From the NCBI GenBank assembly GCA_050173345.1, contig JBFXKW010000003.1, positions 60,323 to 124,322 on the forward strand: DNA of 64,000 nt. The letters run 5' to 3'. The notes beneath the pieces were generated by a model. The model had not been told where the DNA came from, did not search any database, and was given only the letters and a program-made list of their open reading frames with translations. The stretch's first letter is position 1. Each line of letters begins with the position of its first letter. This DNA is from Alphaproteobacteria bacterium. GTDB taxonomy: Bacteria > Pseudomonadota > Alphaproteobacteria > UBA828. Both the position numbers and the translations under genes were made by a program. This document shows positions 1-11,160 of the stretch, piece by piece.

Positions 1-836
1 GCTTCCTCGAGTTCGCCGAGGAAATCTCGCAGACCGGCTCCGTGGTCGGCACCTTCGAGAGCACCGAGCGGCTGCTCATGAAGGTGCTCGATCCCTCCCG
101 GGTCAAGAACATCATGGAGGAGATCAGGGGCCCGGCCGGCCGCACCATGTGGGACAAGCTGAGCAACGTGAACGACGAGGTGCTCGCCGCCTACCTGAAG
201 AACGAATACCCGCAGACGGTCGCCGTCGTGCTGTCGAAGATCAGGCCGGAGAACGCCGCCGGCGTGCTCGCGGCGCTGCCCGAGGAGTTCGCCATGGAGG
301 TCGTGATGCGTCTCCTGCGCATGGAAACCGTGCAGAAGGAGATCATCGACGACATCGAGATGACGCTTCGCACCGAGTTCATGAGCAATCTCGCACGCAC
401 CAACCGGCGCGACAGCCACGAGGTCATCGCGGAAATCTTCAACAGCCTCGACCGCAACGCCGAGGGCCGCTTCATCACCTCGCTCGAGGAGCGCGACCGG
501 GACGCAGCGGAGAAGGTCAAGTCGCTGATGTTCACCTTCGACGACCTCGCGAAGCTCGACCCGAGCGGCGTGCAGACGCTCTTGCGCAAGATCGAGAAGG
601 ACAAGCTCGCGCTCGCCCTCAAGGGCGCCTCCGAGGTCATCAGGGATCTCTTCTTCACCAACATGTCGGAGCGCGCCGGCAAGCTGCTCCGCGAGGAGAT
701 GCAGTCGATGGGCCCGGTCAGGCTCTCGGACGTCGACGAGGCGCAGGCCTATATCGTCTCGGTCGCGAAGGAGCTCGCGGGCAGCGGCGAGATCATGCTG
801 ATCGATGCCAAGGACGATGATGAGCTTATCTACTGA
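1..836 (+). CDS. fliG: Flagellar motor switch protein FliG (5' end outside window)
   Basis: The reading frame is open from the window edge. The translation (..[37 protein letters not shown].. [11 protein letters not shown].. [11 protein letters not shown]..) matches FliG middle and C-terminal domains, and flagellar genes follow it. Confidence 0.9.
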   Translation, partial: FLEFAEEISQTGSVVGTFESTERLLMKVLDPSRVKNIMEEIRGPAGRTMWDKLSNVNDEVLAAYLKNEYPQTVAVVLSKIRPENAAGVLAALPEEFAMEVVMRLLRMETVQKEIIDDIEMTLRTEFMSNLARTNRRDSHEVIAEIFNSLDRNAEGRFITSLEERDRDAAEKVKSLMFTFDDLAKLDPSGVQTLLRKIEKDKLALALKGASEVIRDLFFTNMSERAGKLLREEMQSMGPVRLSDVDEAQAYIVSVAKELAGSGEIMLIDAKDDDELIY

Positions 837-1467
837 GGCATCGCGGGCAGCCATGGCAAGCCACCGCAAGTTCCTCTTCGACAAGGAGTTCGACCCCGCC
901 GGGCTCGGCGGCCGGCCGGTCGAGGAGGCCCCGACGCGCCAGGATGTCGAGCTGGCGCGGCAGCAGGGCTATGAGGAGGGCCGCGCCGCCGGCCGCAGCG
1001 AGGCCGAGGCGGAGCGCGCGAAGCTCGAAGCCGAGGCGCTCGCCCGCATCGCGCGCGAGGTCGGCGCGCTCGCGCAGCGCCATGCCGCGAGCCTCGAGCA
1101 GCTGCGCAACGAGAACCTCGCGCTCGCGCTCAGCATCGGGCGCAAGCTCGCGAGCCGGCTCATGGCGGCCCAGCCGCTCGCCGAGATCGAGGGCGTGGTC
1201 GAGAGCAGCCTGCAACGGCTGCTCGGCGAGGCGCGCATCGTGATCCGGCTGCATCACAGCCTGCTCGATGCCATGCAGGCGCGCGTCGATGCGCTGGCGC
1301 GCCGCACGGGCTTCGACGGCCAGGTCATCCTGCTCGGCGAGGACGACATCGCGCCGGGCGATTGCCGCGTCGAATGGGCCGATGGCGGCGCGACGCGCTC
1401 GGCCGCGGCGATCGAGAACGAGATCGACGCGCTGTTCGAGCGCGTGCTTGGCGCATCAGGCGCGTAA
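805..1467 (+). CDS. fliH: Flagellar assembly protein FliH/FlbE-like
   Basis: It sits between fliG and fliN. It has a charged Ala/Glu/Arg-rich coiled-coil region and a C-terminal FliH-like domain. The start is uncertain; an alternative ATG lies at 853. Confidence 0.6.
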   Translation: MPRTMMSLSTEASRAAMASHRKFLFDKEFDPAGLGGRPVEEAPTRQDVELARQQGYEEGRAAGRSEAEAERAKLEAEALARIAREVGALAQRHAASLEQLRNENLALALSIGRKLASRLMAAQPLAEIEGVVESSLQRLLGEARIVIRLHHSLLDAMQARVDALARRTGFDGQVILLGEDDIAPGDCRVEWADGGATRSAAAIENEIDALFERVLGASGA

Positions 1468-1521
1468 CGACGCAATGAACGTCTCGCGCGGCCGCGGCGC
1501 CCGCGATTGTTGGAGGAAGCG

Positions 1522-1908
1522 ATGGCTGGTAACGACGAACTCAATCTCGAAGAGCTGAAAGACGCCCAGGCAGCGGGCACGCCGGCCGATCCGGCGCAGC
1601 CGGCGGACGACGGGCCCCTGCTCGGGACGAGCACCGGGCAGGCCGAGCCGCAGCCGCGCTCGGCGCGCGACCTCGAAGCGGTCTACGACATCCCGGTCCA
1701 GGTCCAGGCCGTGCTCGGCCGCGCCACCATGCAGGTCAGCCAGCTCCTCAAGCTCGGCCGCGGCGCGGTGGTCGAGCTCGATCGCAAGGTCGGCGAGGCG
1801 GTCGACATCTACGTCAACAACCGCCTGGTGGCGCGCGGCGAGGTGGTCGTGGTCGAGGACCGGCTCGGCGTCACCATGACCGAGATCATCAAGAGCGACC
1901 GCGGCTGA
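1522..1908 (+). CDS. fliN: Flagellar motor switch protein FliN
   Basis: The C-terminal SpoA/FliN domain is present (IPVQVQAVLGRATMQVSQLLKLGRGAVVELDRKVGEAVDIYVNNRLVARGEVVVVEDRLGVTMTEII). The ATG at 1522 is preceded by GGAGGAAG. Confidence 0.85.
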   Translation: MAGNDELNLEELKDAQAAGTPADPAQPADDGPLLGTSTGQAEPQPRSARDLEAVYDIPVQVQAVLGRATMQVSQLLKLGRGAVVELDRKVGEAVDIYVNNRLVARGEVVVVEDRLGVTMTEIIKSDRG

Positions 1909-1951
1909 GACGCCCGCGCCGCCGGCAAATTTTGGCTTCTGGGGATTGACC

Positions 1952-3316
<1,365 letters not shown>

Positions 3317-3340
3317 GCGAGCATCCGGGAACTACGCGTC

Positions 3341-5446
3341 ATGGCCGCCGACGGCATGCCGAAACAGGCCGCCGCAGCCTCGCCGCTGAGCCGGCTCGCC
3401 GCGCTCAAGCGCGGCGACCTGACGCTCGCGATCGGCGTCATCGGGATCCTGGTGATCCTGATCCTGCCGATGCCGGCCTGGATGCTCGACATCGCGCTCA
3501 CCTTCTCGATCGCGATCTCGGCGCTGATCCTCCTGACCGTGCTGTTCGTCAACCGGGCGCTCGACCTCTCGGCGTTCCCGACCATCCTGCTCATCGTCAC
3601 GATGCTGCGCCTCGCGTTGAACCTCGCCTCGACGCGGCTCATCCTCTCCCACGGCCACGAGGGCACGCACGCCGCCGGCAAGGTGATCGAGGCGTTCGGC
3701 AATTTCGTGATGGGCGGCAACTTCCTGATCGGGATCATCGTATTCGCGATCCTGATCATCGTGAACTTCATTGTCATCACCAAGGGCGCCGGCCGCATCG
3801 CCGAGGTCTCGGCGCGCTTCAGCCTGGACGCCATGCCGGGCAAGCAGATGGCGATCGACGCCGACCTCTCGGCCGGCCTGATCACCGAGGAGCAGGCGCG
3901 CGCCCGGCGCAAGGAGCTGGAAGACGAAAGCGGCTTCTTCGGCTCGATGGACGGCGCTTCCAAGTTCGTGCGCGGCGACGCCATCGCCGGCCTCCTGATC
4001 ACCGCGATCAACATCATCGCCGGCGTCGTCATCGGCGTCGCGCAGGAGGGCATCAGCTTCGACGAGGCGCTGAAGAGCTATACCCTCTTGACCGTCGGCG
4101 ACGGCCTGGTCGCGCAAATCCCGGCGCTGATCGTCTCGACCGCGGCCGGCATGCTGGTCACCAAGTCGGGCAGCACGGAATCGGCCGACAAGGCGGTGTT
4201 CGGTCAGCTCTCCGCCTTCCCCCGCGCGCTCGGCATGACCGCGGCGCTGCTCGGCGCGCTGGCGCTCTTGCCCGGCATCCCGATCCTGCCCTTCGCGATC
4301 CTCGGCGGCGGCGCGGGGTATCTGGCATGGCGCACCGCCAAGCAGCGCGTCGTCAAGGATGCGCAGGCCGCCCATGCGGCGGCGCAGGAGGCGCAGGCGC
4401 CCGAGCCGGTCGAGCAGCCGATCACCGCCGCGCTCCACATCGATTCCCTGAGGCTCGAGCTCGGCTACGGGCTCCTGAACATGATCGATTCGGCCAAGGG
4501 CCAGCGGCTGACCGACCAGATCAAGGCGCTGCGCCGGCAGATCGCGAGCGAGCTTGGCTTCGTGATGCCCTCGGTGCGCATCCAGGACAACATGCAGCTC
4601 CCTGCCAACAGCTATGTCGTCTGCGTCAAGGACATCGAGGCCGGGCGCGGCGAGCTCAGGCCCGACATGCTGCTCGTGATGGACCCGAAAGGCGAATCCA
4701 TCCCGCTCGCCGGCGAGGAGACGGTCGAGCCGACCTTCGGGATGCCGGCCAAGTGGGTCAATGCCGCCGAGCGCGAGGAGGCCATGTTCCGCGGCTACAC
4801 GGTGGTCGATGCCGCGACCGTCATCACCACGCACCTGACCGAGGTGGTGAAGGACAACATGGCCGAGCTGCTCTCCTATGGCGAGACGCAGAAGCTCTTG
4901 GAAGACATCGACGCCGACCACAAGAAGCTGGTCGACGACCTCATCCCCTCGCGCATCTCGGTGGGCGGGCTGCAGCGCGTGCTGCAGAACCTGCTGCGCG
5001 AGCGCATCTCGATCCGCGACCTGCCGACGATCCTGGAGGGCGTCGCCGAGGCCGTGCTGCATACCCAGAACGTCACCTTCATCACCGAGATCGTGCGCGC
5101 GCGCCTCGGCCGCCAGATCTGCGCGATGGCGGCCGGGCCGGACGGCGTGATCCCGCTCGTCGCGCTGTCGCCCGCCTGGGAGCAGGCCTTTGCCGACGGC
5201 CTGATCGGCGCGGGCGAGGAGAAGCAGCTCTCCATGGCGCCGAGCAAGCTGCAGGAGTTCATCGGCCTGGTGCGCTCGACCTTCGAGCGGCACGCCATGA
5301 TGGGCGACCTGCCGGTGCTGCTGACCAGCCCCGGCATCCGCCCCTATGTGCGCTCGATCGTCGAGCGCTTCCGCCCGATCACGCTGGTGATGTCGCAGAA
5401 CGAAATCCACCCGAAGGCGAGGCTCAAGACGCTGGGCCAGCTCTAG
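3341..5446 (+). CDS. flhA: Flagellar type III export protein FlhA
   Basis: It is 701 aa with an N-terminal multi-TM region, the FHIPEP signature region (FSLDAMPGKQMAIDADL) and a large cytoplasmic C-domain. Confidence 0.95.
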   Translation: MAADGMPKQAAAASPLSRLAALKRGDLTLAIGVIGILVILILPMPAWMLDIALTFSIAISALILLTVLFVNRALDLSAFPTILLIVTMLRLALNLASTRLILSHGHEGTHAAGKVIEAFGNFVMGGNFLIGIIVFAILIIVNFIVITKGAGRIAEVSARFSLDAMPGKQMAIDADLSAGLITEEQARARRKELEDESGFFGSMDGASKFVRGDAIAGLLITAINIIAGVVIGVAQEGISFDEALKSYTLLTVGDGLVAQIPALIVSTAAGMLVTKSGSTESADKAVFGQLSAFPRALGMTAALLGALALLPGIPILPFAILGGGAGYLAWRTAKQRVVKDAQAAHAAAQEAQAPEPVEQPITAALHIDSLRLELGYGLLNMIDSAKGQRLTDQIKALRRQIASELGFVMPSVRIQDNMQLPANSYVVCVKDIEAGRGELRPDMLLVMDPKGESIPLAGEETVEPTFGMPAKWVNAAEREEAMFRGYTVVDAATVITTHLTEVVKDNMAELLSYGETQKLLEDIDADHKKLVDDLIPSRISVGGLQRVLQNLLRERISIRDLPTILEGVAEAVLHTQNVTFITEIVRARLGRQICAMAAGPDGVIPLVALSPAWEQAFADGLIGAGEEKQLSMAPSKLQEFIGLVRSTFERHAMMGDLPVLLTSPGIRPYVRSIVERFRPITLVMSQNEIHPKARLKTLGQL

Positions 5447-5482
5447 GCCTGACGTCCGCCGCGCCGCGGAGGCTACACCGCC

Positions 5483-6481
5483 ATGTCCACCGCCCCGATC
5501 GCGCCAGTCGCCTTTGCCCAGGGCGTCAACCCGGTAACGGGCGGACAGGGCCTGCTGCCGCTGAGCGCCGGCATGCGGCTCGACGGGCTGGTCACCGGAC
5601 ACGACCGCGACGGCAATGCCCTGGTGCGGACCTCGCACGGCATGCTCGCGCTGCCGCCCTCCCCCGCGCTCACGCCCGGCGCCCGGACGAGCTTCGAGCT
5701 GGTGCCGCTCAGCAGCGGGCTCGGCGCCAAGCTGATCGCCGTGGTGCAGCCGGATGCCAACGCGACGAGCCGGCCCGCGGGCCCACCCGAGGCGCTGCTG
5801 CCGCGCACCGCGCCGGCGCCCATCCCTTCACCACCTAATGTGGGCTTCCCGGCGCTCGCCGAGGCGCTGGCGCGGCTCGATGCGCATGCGCCGCGCCTCG
5901 CGCTCCAGGCCCTGCATGCGCTGCCCGGCGGCGACGGCAGCTTCGTCTCGGCGCTGCTCTCGGTGGTCGGCGCGCTGCGCCGCGGCGACGTCTTCAGCCT
6001 GCTCGGTGTGCAGGGAACGCGCTCGCTCGACCGGCCGACGCTGGCCGCGCTGAAGCGCGAGATCGACGGCGCGGCGCGCGCCGAGGTGCAGGACGCGAAC
6101 GGCGAGGCGTGGCGCACGCTGCTCGTTCCGGTGCTCGACGGCGAGGCGCTCGGCCATCTCGGCATCTTCCTGCATCGCCAGCCGCGGCAGGATGAGGCCG
6201 ACGGCACGCCGCAGCCGGTGCGCTTCCTAGTCGAGGCCAGCCCGAGCACGCTTGGCCCGCTCCAGATCGACGGGTTCTCGATGGAGCGGCGGCTCGACCT
6301 GATCCTGCGCAGCCACAAGCCGCTGCCCGAAGCCTGGCGCGACGACATCCGCGCCCTGTATGGGGAAACGCTTGCGACGCTCGGCCTGAGCGGCGGCATC
6401 GTCTTCCAGGTCGTGCCGCACTTCCCGGTGAGCGGCATGGCCGCGCTGCACGCGACCAGCCACGCCTCGCTCACGGCCTGA
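5483..6481 (+). CDS. Flagellar-cluster hypothetical protein with a FliK-like (hook-length control) C-terminal pattern
   Basis: It is a 332 aa Ala/Pro-rich ORF between flhA and fliJ. The C-terminal segment (FLVEASPSTLGPLQIDGFSMERRLDLILRSHKPLPEAWRDDIRALYGETLATLGLSGGIVFQV) fits the L-x-P-x2-LG-x-L-x-I ... G-L pattern of Flg_hook domains. The functional call is inference only. Confidence 0.4.
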   Translation: MSTAPIAPVAFAQGVNPVTGGQGLLPLSAGMRLDGLVTGHDRDGNALVRTSHGMLALPPSPALTPGARTSFELVPLSSGLGAKLIAVVQPDANATSRPAGPPEALLPRTAPAPIPSPPNVGFPALAEALARLDAHAPRLALQALHALPGGDGSFVSALLSVVGALRRGDVFSLLGVQGTRSLDRPTLAALKREIDGAARAEVQDANGEAWRTLLVPVLDGEALGHLGIFLHRQPRQDEADGTPQPVRFLVEASPSTLGPLQIDGFSMERRLDLILRSHKPLPEAWRDDIRALYGETLATLGLSGGIVFQVVPHFPVSGMAALHATSHASLTA

Positions 6482-6483
6482 GC

Positions 6484-6903
6484 CTATGCCGTCTCGCGCC
6501 GGCGATACATGACGAGGCCGAGCTCGTTCTGACGGGCCTGCTCATGGCGCAGCGCCTCGCGGCGCGCCGCCTCCCGCTTGCGTTCGAGCGTCACCTCGAA
6601 GCGCTTCAATTCGGTGAAGGCGGCGAGCACCGCCGCGCGCGCCGCCTCGATCTCGCGATCGACATCGGCGACGGCGTGCTCCAGCAGCTTCCGGCGGTAG
6701 CGCACGCCTTCGGCATAGCGTGGGAACGCGACCATGGCGTCGAGCGAGGTTTCGGCGAGCGCGCGCTCGGCCCTGAGCTCGGCGTCCAGCCCCTCGATGG
6801 CAGCCACGATGCCGGCGCGGCGGCGCTCCAGCACGCCGAGCGCGGCGCGCTTGGCGTCGAGCTCGGCCTTGTGGACGCGGATCAGCCGCTGGAGGCTCTT
6901 CAC
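6484..6903 (-). CDS. fliJ: Flagellar export chaperone FliJ
   Basis: It is a 139 aa all-helical charged protein directly downstream of fliI with a 4-nt overlap. This is the typical alphaproteobacterial FliJ size and position. Confidence 0.75.
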   Translation of the reverse strand: MKSLQRLIRVHKAELDAKRAALGVLERRRAGIVAAIEGLDAELRAERALAETSLDAMVAFPRYAEGVRYRRKLLEHAVADVDREIEAARAAVLAAFTELKRFEVTLERKREAARREALRHEQARQNELGLVMYRRRETA

Positions 6904-8258
6904 GCCGTAGCCTTGCCGGCCGCCGCTTCGTCGGCGACCTCGAGGATCCTGGCGAGCTCGCCATAGCCTTCGGCGAGCGTCGCCCGTTCGCTCTTGTCCT
7001 GCGACAGGAACGTCTCGAGCGCGGGCTGGTACTTGATCGCCTCGTCGACCAGCCGGTCCGAGCCCGCGCGATAGGCGCCGAGGCGGATCATCTCGGCCAT
7101 GTCCTCATAGGTCGAGAGCAGGCCGCGAGCGCGGCTGACCAGCATGTTCTCATGCTTGCCGTTGCAGCCCGGCATGGTGCGCGACACGCTGCGCAGGATG
7201 TTGATCGCAGGGTAGCGGCCGCGCTCGCCGATGCGGCGCTCCAGCACGATATGGCCGTCCAGGATGCCGCGCACCGCGTCCGCGATCGGCTCGTCATGGT
7301 CATCGCCCTCGACCAGCACGGTGAAGAGCCCGGTGATGCTGCCCGCACCGCTGCCGGGTCCGGCCCGCTCCAGGAGCTTGGGCAGCTCGGCGAAGACGGT
7401 CGGCGTGTAGCCCTTGGCGGCCGGCGGCTCGCCCGCCGAGAGCCCGATCTCGCGCTGCGCCATGGCGAAGCGGGTGACGCTATCCATCAGGCAGAGGACA
7501 TGTTGGTCGAGGTCGCGGAAATATTCGGCGAGGGTCAAGGTGAGCAGCGCGGCGCGGCGGCGCATCAGCGCCGATTCGTCCGAGGTCGCGACCACGACCA
7601 CGCTGCGCTCCAGGCCGTCGACGCCGAGATCGTCCTCGATGAACTCCTGGACCTCGCGGCCGCGCTCGCCGATCAGGCCGATCACGGCGGTATCCGCCGC
7701 GGTGTAGCGGGCCAGCATCGAGAGCAGCACCGACTTGCCGACGCCGGACGCCGCGAAGATGCCCATGCGCTGGCCGCGGCAGCAGCTGATGAAGGTATTG
7801 ATGGCGCGCACGCCGAGATCGACCTTCTCGCCGACCCGCTGGCGCGCATGCGCCGCCGGCGGCTTGGCCCTCAGGTGATAGCCGAGCGCGCCGCGCTTGA
7901 GCGGCCCCTTGCCGTCGATCGGCTCGCCGAAGGCGTTGACGACGCGGCCGAGCCACGACGGATGCGGATAGACCGCGGGCTCGGCATCGCCGTGGATCAC
8001 CCGGCAGCCGAGGCCGACGCCATCGAGCGCGCCGAACGGCATGAGCAGCGCCTGGCCGTCCCGGAAGCCGACCACCTCGGAAGGCACGCGCCGCCCGCCG
8101 CGGGCCACCACGTCGCAGCGCGCGCCGATGGCGAGCGCACCCTGCAGCCCCGCGCACTCGACCAGCATGCCGAGCACGGAGGAAACCCGGCCATAGAGCT
8201 CGAAGGCAGGGATGCGATCGATCTCTGCCGCGAGTTGCTGCGCGGTACTGTCGCTCAT
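6900..8258 (-). CDS. fliI: Flagellum-specific ATPase FliI
   Basis: It has Walker A ([11 protein letters not shown]), Walker B ([12 protein letters not shown]) and an F1/T3SS ATPase fold. Confidence 0.95.
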   Translation of the reverse strand: MSDSTAQQLAAEIDRIPAFELYGRVSSVLGMLVECAGLQGALAIGARCDVVARGGRRVPSEVVGFRDGQALLMPFGALDGVGLGCRVIHGDAEPAVYPHPSWLGRVVNAFGEPIDGKGPLKRGALGYHLRAKPPAAHARQRVGEKVDLGVRAINTFISCCRGQRMGIFAASGVGKSVLLSMLARYTAADTAVIGLIGERGREVQEFIEDDLGVDGLERSVVVVATSDESALMRRRAALLTLTLAEYFRDLDQHVLCLMDSVTRFAMAQREIGLSAGEPPAAKGYTPTVFAELPKLLERAGPGSGAGSITGLFTVLVEGDDHDEPIADAVRGILDGHIVLERRIGERGRYPAINILRSVSRTMPGCNGKHENMLVSRARGLLSTYEDMAEMIRLGAYRAGSDRLVDEAIKYQPALETFLSQDKSERATLAEGYGELARILEVADEAAAGKATA

Positions 8259-8316
8259 GTATTCGTATTCGTTCTGTTCTTGCGATCCGGTACGGGCGGA
8301 TTTTCGCCGGACGGCC

Positions 8317-8331
8317 TTAAGCCGTGGTAAA
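8317..8331. promoter_or_regulatory. Near-consensus CtrA box (TTAA-N7-TAAA)
   Basis: The sequence ttaagccgtggtaaa lies in the AT-richer fliI/ctrA divergent intergenic region. Confidence 0.35.
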
Positions 8332-8379
8332 CGATGAGTTATCGGTTTTCCCTACCCGATTGCCGCATCGTTAACGATT

Positions 8380-8395
8380 TTAATGGTATGTTAAC
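8380..8395. promoter_or_regulatory. Consensus CtrA box (TTAA-N7-TTAAC)
   Basis: The sequence ttaatggtatgttaac is a perfect match to the Caulobacter-type full CtrA site. It lies ~90 bp upstream of the ctrA ATG and ~120 bp upstream of the fliI start. Confidence 0.55.
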
Positions 8396-8483
8396 CGGGT
8401 TATTGTCCTATACCTAAGCAATAACCTTAACGCGGTGTCAGCCCCGCGATTTTCGGCGCTGTCGTTATGAGGGATGAGTCCAA

Positions 8484-9194
8484 ATGAGAGTTCTTTTGGT
8501 CGAAGATGATTCTGCTATGGCGCACGGGATCAGCTCGATCCTCAGCGCCGAAGGTTATGTCTGCGACACGACGGATCTCGGCGAGGACGGCCTCGAGATC
8601 GGCAAGCTTTACGATTACGACATCATCGTGCTCGACCTCATGCTGCCCGACATGGACGGCTACGAGGTATTGCGCCGGTTGCGCGCGGGCCGCGTCAAGA
8701 CGCCGATCCTGATCCTCTCGGGCCTCTCCGAGCCGGACCAAAAGATCAAGGGCCTCGGCTTCGGCGCCGACGACTATCTGACCAAGCCGTTCGACCGGCG
8801 CGAGCTGGTCGCCCGCATCCAGGCCATCGTGCGCCGCGCCAAGGGCCATGCCCACTCGGTCATCCGCACCGGCAAGCTGGTGGTCAACCTCGACAACCGC
8901 ACGGTCGAGGTCGATGGCGCGCCAATCCACCTGACCGGCAAGGAATACGGCATTCTCGAGCTGCTCTCGCTGCGCAAGGGCACCACGCTGACCAAGGAGA
9001 TGTTCCTCAACCATCTCTATGGCGGCATGGATGAGCCGGAGCTCAAGATCATCGACGTGTTCGTCTGCAAGCTGCGCAAGAAGCTGGCCTCCGCCTCGGG
9101 CGGCGAGAGCTACATCCATACCGTCTGGGGCCGCGGCTACGTGCTGAAGGAGCCGGCGGGCGAAGGCCAGGAAGCGGCCCGCAGCGTCGCCTGA
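8484..9194 (+). CDS. ctrA: Cell-cycle response regulator CtrA (OmpR family)
   Basis: The translation [52 protein letters not shown] plus the winged-helix region ([53 protein letters not shown]) shows very strong resemblance to CtrA orthologues. Confidence 0.92.
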   Translation: MRVLLVEDDSAMAHGISSILSAEGYVCDTTDLGEDGLEIGKLYDYDIIVLDLMLPDMDGYEVLRRLRAGRVKTPILILSGLSEPDQKIKGLGFGADDYLTKPFDRRELVARIQAIVRRAKGHAHSVIRTGKLVVNLDNRTVEVDGAPIHLTGKEYGILELLSLRKGTTLTKEMFLNHLYGGMDEPELKIIDVFVCKLRKKLASASGGESYIHTVWGRGYVLKEPAGEGQEAARSVA

Positions 9195-9279
9195 CCGGGC
9201 GGCTACGCCCCAAGACCCGATGAAACTCGCCCCTGCCCAGGATGGTCGGGGGCGACGTATCTAAATTTAAGCAACGACA

Positions 9280-10173
9280 TCAAACGCCGAGCGGCGCAGC
9301 TCCGCGCGAAGCTGGCGCGACCGGCCGACGCCTCGACCTCCCTCCCCGTGATGCACCTGACGCCCCGCCGCCGCGCTTGATCGCGAAATAGGCGCTCGGC
9401 GTCGCGCCGAGCGTGCGGTGGAACATGGCGGTGAACGCGCTCGGGCTGTCATAGCCAAGGTCGAGCGCGACATCGAGTATCGGCTCGCCGCGTGCGATGC
9501 GCGGCAGGCTCGCGACCAGGCGTGCCTGCCGGCGCCAGCGGGCGAACGACATGCCGGTCGCCGCCAGAAAGTGCCGCTCGAGCGTGCGTTCGCTGAGCCC
9601 GGTGCGGCCCGACCAGAGACGGAGCGCATGCGGCGCGCCGGGCCGGTCGATGATGGCGCGCGCGATCGGCGCGATCAGCTCGTCCTCGGGGATCGGCAGG
9701 TGCAGCGGCACGGCGGGCAGCGCCCTGATCTCGGCCGGGATGAGCTTGGCGATGTGGGCGTGCCGCCCGGCCGGCCGCCGGTCGAGCGGAATGTCGAGCG
9801 CCGCGATGATCAGCTCGCGCAGCAGCGCCGACACGTGGATCACGAAGCAGCGCGCCGGCATGCGCGGTACGCAGGCCGGCTCCAGGTAGATCGTGCGCAT
9901 CTGCACCGCGCCTGAATAGGCGATCCAGTGCTCGACGCCGGCCGGCATCCAGACGCCGCGATCGGGCGGCACCACCCAGGCGCCGCCGGCCGCGAACACG
10001 GTCATCACCCCGCTGCAGGCGTAGATGAGCTGGGCGCGCCGATGCCGGTGCGGCGAGCAGATGGAGCCGTCGGGAAAATCGTAGGCGGCGGCCGCGATCG
10101 GGCTTCGCGTATCCTGCAGCCGAGCCGCCGTTTCGAGAAGCCTCCGGCCGATGTCGGAATCGCGACGGCCCAT
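9280..10173 (-). CDS. AraC family transcriptional regulator (cupin + HTH)
   Basis: It has an N-terminal cupin-like region and a C-terminal AraC HTH (LSERTLERHFLAATGMSFARWRRQARLVASL..GYDSPSAFTAMFHRTLGATPSAYF). Confidence 0.8.
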   Translation of the reverse strand: MGRRDSDIGRRLLETAARLQDTRSPIAAAAYDFPDGSICSPHRHRRAQLIYACSGVMTVFAAGGAWVVPPDRGVWMPAGVEHWIAYSGAVQMRTIYLEPACVPRMPARCFVIHVSALLRELIIAALDIPLDRRPAGRHAHIAKLIPAEIRALPAVPLHLPIPEDELIAPIARAIIDRPGAPHALRLWSGRTGLSERTLERHFLAATGMSFARWRRQARLVASLPRIARGEPILDVALDLGYDSPSAFTAMFHRTLGATPSAYFAIKRGGGASGASRGGRSRRRPVAPASRGAAPLGV

Positions 10174-10270
10174 GTCCCGATCACGCGCGACAGACGCTTC
10201 GCGTATGCGCTACCACCAGCATCGCCATCCCATGATGTGGCCGCTTGATGCGGAAAGGGAAACAGAGTTC

Positions 10271-11107
10271 ATGCCGAGACGCAAGCTGAGCTGGTACAAC
10301 ATGGTCGGCCTTGCCGCAGCGCTGGTCTTCGCGCTGTTCCCGATCTTCTGGATGGTCTCGACCTCGTTCAAGCCGGCCGGCGAGTGGGCGTCGATCCCGC
10401 CGACCTGGATCTCCGGCCAGGCCACCTTCGACAACTATTCGACGCTGTTCGCCTCCTATGACAGCCTGTTCAAGATGGCCGGGCGCCCGGCCTGGCGCGC
10501 GCTGCTCGATTCGTTCGTGGTCGCGGGCAGCGCCACCGTGCTCGCGCTGGTCATCGGGCTGATGGGCGCCATCGGGCTGTCGCGCCACAGGGCGGGCGGC
10601 GAGCTGTTCGGCGTCGCGGTGCTCAGCGTGCGCGCCATCCAGGCGGTCACGCTGGCGATCCCGCTCGTCATCCTGTTCAGCTGGATGCGGCTGCTCGACA
10701 GCTATATCGGGCTGATCCTGGCCGATCTCGTGTTCACCATGCCGCTCGCCTTCTGGATGCTGAAGAGCTTCCTCGACGAGCTGCCGAAGGAGATCGAGGA
10801 GGCCGGCATGATGGACGGGCTGTCGCGCTGGGGCGCCTATTTCCGCATCACGGTGCCGCTGATCCGCGGCGGTCTGCTCGCCACCGCCCTCTTCATCTTC
10901 ATCGTGAACTGGAGCGAGTTCCTGTTCGCGAGCGTGCTGACCGAGAAGAACGTCGTGCCGATCTCCGTCTACCTGCGCTTCCACGAAGGCTTGATCGGGG
11001 TGCAGGCCGCGATCGCCACCATGGCAGCGCTGCCCATCGTCGTGGTCGGCTTCGCCATCCAGAAGCAGCTTGCCCGCGCCTTCACGCTCGGCGCGGTGAA
11101 GCGTTAG
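10271..11107 (+). CDS. Orphan ABC transporter permease (MalG/CUT1 type)
   Basis: It has 6 predicted TM segments and the EAA loop (LPKEIEEAGMMDGLSRWGAYFRITVPL). It is a clear paralogue of the permease at 32344..33276. No cognate ATPase, substrate-binding protein or second permease is adjacent. Confidence 0.85.
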   Translation: MPRRKLSWYNMVGLAAALVFALFPIFWMVSTSFKPAGEWASIPPTWISGQATFDNYSTLFASYDSLFKMAGRPAWRALLDSFVVAGSATVLALVIGLMGAIGLSRHRAGGELFGVAVLSVRAIQAVTLAIPLVILFSWMRLLDSYIGLILADLVFTMPLAFWMLKSFLDELPKEIEEAGMMDGLSRWGAYFRITVPLIRGGLLATALFIFIVNWSEFLFASVLTEKNVVPISVYLRFHEGLIGVQAAIATMAALPIVVVGFAIQKQLARAFTLGAVKR

Positions 11108-11160
11108 GGCAGGATCGTTCGGGATGGGCCGCTTGCGCCGCCGCCGTCCGGCCGTGCAGG

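Noticed and set aside
1921-1951. Sigma-54 promoter-like sequence (TGGCTT..) just upstream of flbD.
   Set aside because: Counting from the GG, the -12 element is not GC/TTGC at the required 10-nt spacing. It is also too close to the start codon.
3332-5638. Very long antisense or alternate-frame ORFs. Examples are 3332-5638(-) at 768 aa, 1889-3262(-), 27857-30067(-), 42146-44515(-), 55371-57674(-), 45854-47476(-), 40451-42913(+) at 820 aa, and 54461-56899(+).
   Set aside because: Their translations are Arg/Ala/Gly/Pro/His-rich low-complexity strings, as expected from stop-codon depletion in ~68% GC DNA. Each overlaps a frame with unmistakable family motifs (FlhA, FlbD, molybdoenzyme, MltF, HyuA/B, Map/RadC, DUF853). 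I found no evidence for overlapping genes.
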